DNA of 64,000 bases from Octopus vulgaris (lineage: Eukaryota): assembly GCA_951406725.2 (NCBI GenBank), contig OX597825.1, forward strand, positions 52,204,001 through 52,268,000, in the 5' to 3' direction. Shown piece after piece: positions 54,994-64,000 of this stretch. The notes beneath the pieces are model-generated. The model did no database searches. It was given only the letters and a program-made list of their open reading frames with translations, and was not told the DNA's origin. The translations under genes were made by a program, and so were the position numbers. How positions within the stretch are numbered: position 1 is the stretch's first letter; each line of letters begins with the position of its first letter.

Positions 54994-55460
54994 TATTGCA
55001 GGTAATATTAATTAAAAATTTTGGCACATGGCCAGCAATTTAAGGGGAAGGAGTAAATCAATTAGATTGACCTCAGTATTGAACTGGTACTTATTTTATC
55101 TACCTTGAAAGGATGAAAGGCAAAGTTAACTGTGGCAGAATTTGAACCCAAAGTGTGAAGATGAACTAAATACTGCTAAGCATTTTGCCCAATGTGCTAA
55201 TGATTCCACCAGCTTGCAGCCTTATGTTGCAGGTAATATTGGTTTCAAATTTTGGCACAAAGCCTGCAATTTAAGAGGAAGGGTTAAGTCAGTTACATGG
55301 GCTCCAATATTCAACTGGTACTTATTTTATTGACCTCGAAAGGATGAAAAGCAAAGTTCACCTTCGTGGAATTCAAACTCATAATGTAAAGACAGACAAA
55401 ATGCTGCTAAGCATTTTGCTCCATGTGCTAATGATACTGCCCTCGTATATTGCAGGTAAT
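54994..55460 (-). mobile_element. Tandem dimer of family-C SINEs with a triplicated 13-bp flank
   Basis: t(a/g)ttgcaggtaat at 54994, 55225 and 55448 brackets two SINE copies. Confidence 0.85.
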
Positions 55461-55672
55461 GTCCCCTACTGATATGGGATGTATTTTCAACAGCTAGGTG
55501 AACTGAGGTTTTACAGATAGAGTGCAAAATATACTGCCAAGAAATGTAATATAATGCCAGCAGCACGTTTGAACACTTGACAGTGAGCAAGTAACGTAGA
55601 TTATTACCTTATCCACATAGCCATCCGATAACTATAAGGGGTTAAGGAAAGAGGTCCAAGCTTGAATTTGTA

Positions 55673-55706
<34 letters not shown>

Positions 55707-55725
55707 CTTTTGCTCGGTCAAGCAC

Positions 55726-55762
<37 letters not shown>

Positions 55763-56675
55763 TCAACAATAATATTTAATATTTAGCTACATTACCATGC
55801 AACTGTTAGCTGAGATACTTAAACTGTGGAACCTCTGTGAATTATAAAGATAGCTGAAGACATCTGGTAATATTAAGAAATTCTTCATTTCTATAATTTA
55901 CATTAAACTTCTCCCTTTCCATGTGAATGATGAGCATTTCAATGTTATTAGCTTCATTTTCTGCTGACATAAATCTCTGGCACTGACATAGCAGAGAGAT
56001 CTGCTTTGTATAAAGGTTTACACCCTTATCTACATTTCGAACTTGACTGAGAACAATGGAATATGTGACATACAAATTAATGGATTCTCCCAAAAGGCTA
56101 TGCAAGATTCATTGATACATAACTTTATTTCATACTAAACTTTGACATAACAATATTTCACTGAAATCACACATTTCCGCCTTTTACAAGGCCTTCAAAT
56201 GGATAAATCAATTTGAAGGGATGGTGTTATGAAAAGTCAGTCATTAGAGAAACTGTTAGAGTAGATGAGAAGGTAAAGTAAGTACAAGGTGGTTTTATAT
56301 TCCATTGCATTTAATAATACTATTATGTTTTGAATTTCTTTAACCAGATCAATCATACTGTTTTCATATTGTTAACACATACATACACACACACACACAG
56401 GCCTTATGCCAAAATTAGAAACCAAAATGTGTATGTGTGTGTATGTATGTGTACATACAGACACATGCAAATATACATTTATATATTTACATGTATACAT
56501 ATATATCTCATCCTCATCATTTAATGTCCATATGTCATGGTGGTGTAGGATGGACAGTTTGAAATGATATTCCATGTCAGACCATGCCTTTCCCGACAGA
56601 TAGGGCTCTTGATCAGGATAGATTTGTGCAACTTTTTGCCAAAAATCTTCAATGAGAATTTTTGTTTCTTTTTGA

Positions 56676-57875
56676 GTCCCCCGATCCCTCATATGGTGGT
56701 CAATGAGGAAACTAGGAATAGAAGAATGGTTGGTGAGAGCTGTGCAAGCCATGTACAGGGACGCTGCTAGTAAGGTGAGGGTTGGAAATGAGTACAGTGA
56801 AGAATTCCGGGTAGAGGTAGGGGTCCACCAAGGCTCAGTCCTCAGCCCCCTCCTATTTATCATAGTCCTCCAGGCAATAACGGAGGAATTCAAGACAGGA
56901 TGCCCCTGGGAGCTCCTCTATGCTGATGACCTTGCTCTAATTGCTGAGTCATTATCAGAACTGGAGAAGAAGTTTCAGGTGTGGAAGCATGGTTTAGAAT
57001 CGAAGGGCCTTAGAGTCAATCTAGCTAAAACCAAAGTCGTAATAAGTAGGAAGGTAGACAAATCACAAACGCCTTCAGGTAGATGGCCCTGCTCGATCTG
57101 TAGAAAAGGTGTAGGTAGAAACTCTATAAGATGCACCAAGTGCAAGCTATGGACACATAAGAGGTGCAGCAATGTCATACGACGGCTAACTAGGAAGATG
57201 GTTTTTGTATGTGGCAGATGCTCGGGAGCATTAACCTCTGAAAATCTGCAGAAAACAACTTCCGTCACTTTCCAGGGGGAAAAACTAGAAGTGGTTGATA
57301 GCTTCCGTTATCTTGGTGACCAAGTCAGTAGTGGGGGTGGGTGTGCTGAAAGTGTAACGGCTAGAGTAAGAATAGCCTGGGCAAAGTTTAGGGAGCTCTT
57401 ACCTCTGTTGGTGACTAAAGGCCTCTCGCTCAGAGTAAAAGGCAGACTGTATGATGCATGTGTACGAACAGCCATGCTACATGGCAGTGAAACATGGGCC
57501 GTGACTGCTGAGGACATGCGTAAGCTCGCGAAAAATGAAGCTAGTATGCTCCGTTGGATGTGTAATGTCAGTGTTCATAGTCGACAGAGTGTAAGTACCT
57601 TGAGAGAAAAGTTGGACCTAAGAGGAATCAGATGTTGTGTGCAAGAGAGACGATTGCGCTGGTATGGTCATGTGGTGAGAATGGATGAAGATAGGTGTGT
57701 GAAAAAGTGCCACACCCTGGCAGTTGAGGGGACCTGTGGAAGAGGTAGACCCAGGAAAACCTGGGTTGAGGTGGTGAAGCACGACCTTCGAACTCTAGGT
57801 CTCACCAAGGAAATGACCAGAGACCGAGACCTATGGAAGTATGCTGTGCGTGAGAAGACCCGGCAAGACCAGTGA
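56676..57875 (+). CDS. RTE reverse transcriptase, C-terminal part (5'-truncated, open frame) with an inserted PHD-like zinc finger
   Basis: GVHQGSVLSPLLF, LLYADDL, NLAKTK, FRYLG, MLHGSETW, RRLRWYGHVVRM, RGRPRKTW. Confidence 0.9.
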   Translation, partial: VPRSLIWWSMRKLGIEEWLVRAVQAMYRDAASKVRVGNEYSEEFRVEVGVHQGSVLSPLLFIIVLQAITEEFKTGCPWELLYADDLALIAESLSELEKKFQVWKHGLESKGLRVNLAKTKVVISRKVDKSQTPSGRWPCSICRKGVGRNSIRCTKCKLWTHKRCSNVIRRLTRKMVFVCGRCSGALTSENLQKTTSVTFQGEKLEVVDSFRYLGDQVSSGGGCAESVTARVRIAWAKFRELLPLLVTKGLSLRVKGRLYDACVRTAMLHGSETWAVTAEDMRKLAKNEASMLRWMCNVSVHSRQSVSTLREKLDLRGIRCCVQERRLRWYGHVVRMDEDRCVKKCHTLAVEGTCGRGRPRKTWVEVVKHDLRTLGLTKEMTRDRDLWKYAVREKTRQDQ

Positions 57876-57922
57876 GAACAATCAAAATCAAATCATATAT
57901 CAGAAAGCAGGGGTTAAGTGAC

Positions 57923-58842
57923 CCATCTGTTCGTGTCCGCTGTCAGCCTCGTCTGGCACCCGTGCCGGTGATACGTAAAAGCACCATTCGGTCATGGCCG
58001 TTTGCCAGCTCTGCCTGGCCCCGTGTCGGTGGCACGTAAAAGCACCATCCGTTCGTGTTCGTTGCCAGCCTCGCCTGGCCCCGTGCCAGTGACACGTAAA
58101 AGCACCGTCCGTTCGTGGCCGTTGGCCAGCTCTGTCTGGCCCCGTGTCGGTGGCACGTAAAAGCACCATCCGTTCGTGGCCGTTTGCCAGCTCTGTCTGG
58201 CCCCGTGTCGGTGGCACGTAAAAGCACCATCCGTCCATGTCCGTTGCCAGCCTCGGCTGGCCCCTGTGCCGGTGACACGTAAAAGCACCGTCCGCTCATG
58301 GCTGTTTGCCAGCTCTGTCTGGCAACCGTATCGGTGGCACGTAAAAGCACCATCTGTTCGCGTCCGTTGCCAGCCTCGGCTGGCCCCCGTGCCGGTGACA
58401 CGTAAAAGCACCATCCGTTCGTGGCCGTTTGCCAGCTCTGTCTGGCCCCGTGTCGGTGGCACGTAAAAGCACCATCCGTCCGTGTCCGTTGCCAGCCTCG
58501 GCTGGCCCCCGTGCCGGTGACACGTAAAAGCACCGTCCGCTCGTGGCCGTTTGCCAGCTCTGTCTGGCAACCGTGTCGGTGGCACGTAAAAGCACCATCC
58601 GTTCGCGTCTGTTGCCAGCCTCGGCTGGCCCCCGTGCCGGTGACACGTAAAAGCACCGTCCGTTCGTGGCCGGTTGCCAGCTCTGTCTGGCCCTGTGTCG
58701 GTGGCACGTAAAAGCACCATCCGTTCGTGTCCGTTGCCAGCATCGCCTGGCCCCGTGCCGGTGACACGTAAAAGCACCATCCGTTCGTGGCCGTTCGCCA
58801 GCTCTGTCTGGCACCTGTGCAGGTGGCACGTAAAAAACACCC
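57923..58842 (+). repeat. 15-unit, 60-62-bp GC-rich tandem array in the RTE 3' UTR, with alternating A/B units
   Basis: acgtaaaa(g/a) occurs 15 times at ~61-bp spacing; each unit has a gccag-N6-ctggc hairpin. Confidence 0.95.
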
Positions 58843-60072
58843 ACTACACTCGCGGAGTGGTTGGCGTTAGGAAGGGCATCCAGCCGTAGAAACACTGCCA
58901 GATCTGACTGGGCCTGACGAAGCCTTCCAGCTTCACAGACCCCAGTTGACCCGTCCAACCCATGCTAGCATGGAAAACGGACGCTAAACGATGATGATGA
59001 TGATGATGATGATATATATCGATATGGATATAGAAATTTATGTACATACATACATACCCACATACATACATGCGCACACACACAAGCATGCACACACTCA
59101 CACAGGCTATTTTTGAGGCAGAGAATAGGAATATTTTTTTTATTCCCCCACCCCCAGAGACTCTTCTGACATTAGGGGCAGACAAAGAAGTCCCATGGTC
59201 TGTAATTTATTTTGGTTGTCTTTAAGTGCTCTGCTGGGATCTATGAACACTTTAGCTGTCTGTCTTTATAAGGTTGCAGCTCTTAAAGAAGTGTCTTGTG
59301 CCAACAATATTCTGATCTATATATCACTGTTTCCATTACTGATTACATTTTATAGAAAAAATTAAATATTTCAACATACACCCATATCTCTGAAGTTTGA
59401 AATGTTTGTTAATTTCTAGCAATGAAAATTTTCTTCACACAATTTGGCTTTTAGATAAATTTTTTACCCATGACAGTGTATTGTTCATTAATCAATTAAA
59501 TGCATTTAAACCACAGCAACAACACAGTATTGTTAGAACTGTTGTGCTAAGATACTAAGCTCTCAAACTATAATTACATTTTAAGCAAAGTATTAAAGCA
59601 TATTTTAAAAGACATGTAAAAAACTGAGGGACCCAGTCACAATAGCTGAGGAAAGATGGATAAAAACTAGTGTAGCTCTCAGTATAATTATCATCATCTT
59701 TAGTAAAATATAGTTTACTATTAAATATGTCTTTGTCAAGCTGGAATGTACCTTTGATGAGTTAGTTCTAGCTTGGCAAGGCTTTGCACACACTAGCAAA
59801 TTTATTATTTGCTACTTACATATGAGAATAACAGATTTTAATGGGCCCTGAATAGTGGGCATATTATCTCTAACTCTAAAGTGTAGCAACACAGAAACAC
59901 ATGTTGTACAGCCCAATAATGTCATTCAAAGCTGTTATTAGTTAATGAATGGGATTGTTTTATATTAAGCCCACGCTTATTGAGCAGACCAATGATCAAA
60001 ACAGTTTGAGTTGTGACCATCCCTTTTACCAGGTAGCAGGGTGCAATTTGAGGGAGATTTATCTATTATTTC

Positions 60073-60380
60073 TGTTGTGATGAGAGTCACGATGTCCCCT
60101 TGCAAGAAATAGACTGAATCAAGTGATAATAAATAGTAGCGGTCGGTGTGAAGTTTGTGCGTTAGTTCGAGTTGAATTCGGAGTGAAGCTGGAAGGTGTC
60201 AGTTGGTTAGTTCATTTGGAATATTGATTATTGGTTCATGAAGAGATTGTTGGATCGTTACATTGTTATTACGGCTGCATCGTTATCTTGTTTACTCTTA
60301 CTACACTGATACATTGTATCTAAACCATATGTCATAATATCATGGTGATACCACGACACTTGGAGACAGAGGATACACCA
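60073..60380 (+). repeat. 5' LTR
   Basis: Gap-free match to 61899-62206; starts tgttg. Confidence 0.93.
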
Positions 60381-60440
60381 TCTGGCGACTAGGGTTTCGA
60401 AGCTCACGTAGGTTATTTAACAATTTGTTTATGATATAAC

Positions 60441-61620
60441 TTGTTCAATGATGGAAGCCCTATTAGCTTCTATAATACAGTTGCAAAAGCAACAAGAACA
60501 GCAAGAGGAGTTGTAGAAGCAACTGGTACAGCAACAACTACAACAACAATTATTGGCACTATAGGCAAAGAAGTCCGAGAATGGGGTAAGTTTGTATCGA
60601 GCTCCAAAACGGAATTCAGTTATAACCCGGTGGAGGGTATAATTTTTGCAACGCACTACAGAATGTATGTGGAGATTTTTGAGGAAGATTGCAAAACATG
60701 GTCGGATAAAGAAAAGGTAAGGTTAGCATAATGTAAATTAGCTCCGTCTGAGCATGGATGATTCAGTAAATTCATACTGTCTAACTTGCTAGGTGATAAA
60801 ACTTTTCTACTTAATACTCGAATGGAGTGTTGGAATTTAACTAAAAAAGATGATGATGACATTATTATGCAGGAACAGTCAACAGAATGTGTGAAAGTTT
60901 TAAGCGTAAAGAACTTAACTCTTGAGATGTTTAATTGTCTCATTTTTATACAAGTCATTACAAAAAATGAAGATACAGAAATACGGACAAAAATTCTTTC
61001 AAAACTTGAACAAGGGAACCAAAATTTAACCTTGCAGAAGTGTGTCAAAGGATGGTGAATCTGAAATACGACGTAAGAAAAATTCAAGGAAACGATTTCG
61101 CAAGAATGCAGATATATCGACTGAGAAAGTATAAACAAAGAAGATTGCTAGGTCTTAATCGATGTTATGGATGTGGAGGCCAAGATTTCAGGAAAGATCG
61201 TCCTTTTAAAAACTCAAAATGTTACAGTTGTCGAAAGTTTGGAACAGGAGTTCATACTGAAGAATAAAAGTACGAAGGTCAAATGCAAAAAGTTGTAAAA
61301 TGCTCTCAGCAGAAAGTAAAATCGACTCCCAAATAAGGAAATTTGTACACGTAAGAGTAAATGGAGTAAATATTAAATTACAACTGGATACTGGTAGGGA
61401 CAGTTCAATCATCAGAACCGACACGTGAACGAAAATAGGGAAATCTATGTTGAGAAAAACTGTAGGTGGTGTGATGGATAACAAACTACGCTTTGTAGGC
61501 GAAATGTGGAATGAAGTCACATTTTGAGGAAAAACTTGAAAGGCGAAAGTTTCATCGTAAAGAACACAGCCAATCGGTTTGGTACCGGCTGGTTGGAGTT
61601 ATTTGATTCTGGGATCTCCC
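60441..61620 (+). pseudogene. Gypsy gag and aspartic protease remnant (no RT, RNase H or integrase seen)
   Basis: FSYNPVEGIIFATHYRMYVEIFEEDC...DKEKVRL; decayed knuckles CYGCGG / CYSCRKFG; VNGVNIKLQLDTGRDSSII at ~61357-61413. Confidence 0.85.
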
Positions 61621-61898
61621 AATAAGCCGGTACTGTAAAAATTAAATGGCTGCCCCACCTGTGAAAAGGACTCAGCAGCTAAATTAAAGAAAAAAAAATT
61701 AATTAAAAACATTATATGTATTGCTTTTCATGAAATGCCAGTGACAGCACATGATATAAAAATGAAATCCGCAGAAATAATGCCAAAGCAAAAACGATAT
61801 TAAATTTCACGAAAACAAAGGAGACGGAAAGGTGTTGGAAAAAGAAAAAAGAAAAGTAATTTCACTTCTTACGGAAGTCGAAATCTCAAAAGGGGAGA

Positions 61899-62206
61899 TG
61901 TTGTGATGAGAGTCACGACGCCCCCTTGCAAGAAATAGACTGGGTCAAGCGATTATAAATAGTAGCAGTCAGAGTGAAGTTTGTGTGTTAGTTCGGGTTG
62001 AGTTTGCAGTGATGTTGGAAGGTGTCAGTTGGTTAGTTCGTTTGGAATATTAGTTGTTGGTTCGTGAAGAGATTGTTGGATAGTCATGCTGTTATTACAG
62101 CTGCATTGTCATGTTGTTTACTGTTACTACACTAGTACAGTGTATCTAAACCATCCGTCACAATATCATGGCAGTACCATGACAATTGGTGACGGAGGAT
62201 ACAACA
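61899..62206 (+). repeat. 3' LTR
   Basis: Preceded by the PPT, ends acaaca, followed by the TSD. Confidence 0.93.
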
Positions 62207-62529
62207 ATTTCTTTCAAGACAAGCAATTGCATAGTCACCAACAAAAAAGCCTTGAGTATTGTAGCATGTAAAAGGGAACTTGATATAACTATGACATATT
62301 AAGGGATCTGATTACAAGAAATTTAAATTTTCAGACCCTGTTGCTATTAATATTCAGGTCAATTTAAACAACAGACCCTTCTCTCAAATTTGTAGTCTTG
62401 TCATGACACGATATTTCAGCCATACAATACATTATGAAAAGGTGTTGTGGTGGTGGTGGAATGGCTATCAGCTATTTTATTGATGCTAGACAAACAAATG
62501 AAAAAATAACCAATAACAGGTATAGTTCC

Positions 62530-62910
62530 GGTGTGGTTGTGTGATAAGAAATTTTCTTCCCAATCACATGGTCCTGGATTCAGTCCTACTGCATGGCACT
62601 ACAGAACTATGTTGACCAAAGTTTTGAGTGTAGGTTGGGTAGATGGAAACTGAGAAAGTGGCCCTTCATATGTGTTTGTGTGTGTGTGTCTACACATGTA
62701 TATATCTATGTTTATTTCCCCACCACTGCTTGTCAGTTGGTATTGGTTTATTCACGTCCCTCTAACTTAGTGGTTTGGCAAAAAGAGACTAATAGAATAG
62801 GCCTCAGATATAATTAAATAAGCACTGGGATTGACTTGTTCAGCAAAAACCTTCAAGGCAGTGCTCCAGCAAGGCTACAGTCCAATGACTAAAACAAGTA
62901 AAAGAAAAGA
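62530..62910 (+). mobile_element. Diverged family-A SINE
   Basis: ggtgtggttgtgtgataag...atgactaaaacaagtaaaag. Confidence 0.8.
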
Positions 62911-63199
62911 TAACATTACTTCTTAACTTATGCACAAAGTTAATGTTTATGAGAGAGGTGTACAGTTAATCAAACTGACTCAGTTCATTACTGGTATTTA
63001 ATGATTTAAAATTGACGAGAGATAGTGATCCACCACCACCACCATCAGTGTGAACACAAAACATAGAGGACTGTGACTACCACAAGGTATTGCTTAGTTT
63101 AACTTCGTCCAGCAACACTAATGATTTCTTTTATCAGATCAAGGCATCAGGGTTATCCATTTAACTGATCCTATGACATGATCACTGCATGATTTGGGT

Positions 63200-63408
63200 A
63201 CCAGACTGGCAAAATCATTAGCACACCAGGCAAAATGCTTAGTGGCATTTCATCTGTCTTTACATTCTGAGTTCAAATTCTGTTGAAGTTGACTCTACCT
63301 TTCATTCTTTCAGATTAATAAAATGAGTACCAGTTGAGTACTGGGGTCGATGTATTCAATTTACCCACTTCCTAGAAATTGCTGGTCTCATGTCAAAATT
63401 TTAAATCC
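63200..63408 (+). mobile_element. Family-C SINE (third tail type)
   Basis: ctggcaaaatcattagcac...gagttcaaattc...tail aaattgctggtctcatgtcaaaatttt. Confidence 0.75.
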
Positions 63409-64000
63409 ATAATCTGTCATAAGCAGGAAAATAAGGTCAACTAATAATGATGATGGACTTGATAACAATGATAGTCATAATGATGATGGAGATGATGAAG
63501 ATGACACTGCTGGATTAACCATTAAGCAAAATAAGCATGTGCTTAGGGCACCAAGGGAAGGAGGGGGCACCACAGAAATGGTAAATGGTTTTTGGCAGAA
63601 AAGAAATCACTTTAAGCTTGCTAAAATAATATTTGGGATACCTTTATCTCTACTAAGTATAGCTGCAGACATGTTACCTAAGATTTTGAGGATCTAATCA
63701 AAGAATTTGCGATTCAAAAAAGTAAGAGGAAACTTTCCAAATATAAATAAAGTGAAAGTATACAAAAATAAACATTATTTTCCCTCTCACTGTTTTGTTT
63801 TGTTTCGAAAAATAAAAATTTATTTTAGAGTTTGCTGTTGTTTATATTTTGAATTGCATAATCTTTTATGGGGGCACCAACATTTTTTAGTGCTTAGGGC
63901 CATGAATCCCAATACGGGGCACATCTCCACTGGTGGGGCAGAGTAATATTTTGGTGAGGCATGTTTAGGGTTATGTTAAATTTATACCTTTTGTACACAA

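Larger units (their letters stand above)
56674..59013 (+). mobile_element. 5'-truncated RTE-clade LINE with a tandem-array 3' UTR and (GAT)n tail
   Basis: RT begins mid-domain (VPRSLIWWSMRKLG), stops at 57875, followed by the array, the conserved 3' end and (GAT)n. Confidence 0.93.
60073..62206 (+). mobile_element. Internally deleted Ty3/Gypsy (Mag-like) LTR retrotransposon
   Basis: 308-bp LTRs TG...CA (60073-60380, 61899-62206), TSD ATTTC (60068-60072, 62207-62211), PBS tggcgact at 60383, PPT aaaaggggaga at 61888-61898. Confidence 0.93.

Noticed and set aside
58780-58895. Twister or HDV-like ribozyme at the RTE 3' end
   Set aside because: Partial resemblance only (GCCGGT...AAGC, GGAGTGG); the twister UAA cleavage loop and the HDV TYCHCG loop are absent
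57900-58958. Long minus-strand repetitive ORFs (274, 282 and 220 aa) as a real protein, or the array as a CRISPR locus
   Set aside because: They are stop-free readings of the GC-rich tandem array in several frames; there are no unique spacers and no cas genes, and the context is a eukaryotic LINE 3' UTR
63505-63902. MITE-like segment with repeated gtgcttagggc / ggggcacca motifs
   Set aside because: No matching right-hand TIR or TSD could be identified

Overview
AT-rich, microsatellite-dense eukaryotic DNA with no host exon that I can support. The SINE/LINE repertoire is most consistent with an octopod (cephalopod) genome; this is inference from recalled repeat families. The window is almost entirely mobile elements and repeats. 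It holds a near full-length 6.1 kb L1/Tx1-type LINE (minus strand) inserted at a (TA)n/(GATA)n junction with a 14-bp TSD. It also holds a 5'-truncated RTE LINE with a PHD-like finger inside its RT and a 15-unit structured tandem array in its 3' UTR. Other elements are a decayed Penelope-like element with inverted ends, a pogo (POGK-like) DNA transposon, an internally deleted Gypsy element with both LTRs, PBS, PPT and TSD, a non-autonomous Helitron, several MITEs, a 335-bp hairpin, many tRNA-type SINEs and several minisatellites. Most ORFs in the supplied track are microsatellite or SINE artefacts. The strongest leads are (i) cross-complementary alternating units in the RTE 3' UTR array, (ii) a SINE whose 3' tail matches the Tx1/L1 LINE 3' end, with other tails on the same SINE body, (iii) apparent GATA-repeat targeting by that LINE, and (iv) a tRNA-Ser PBS copy inside both Gypsy LTRs.
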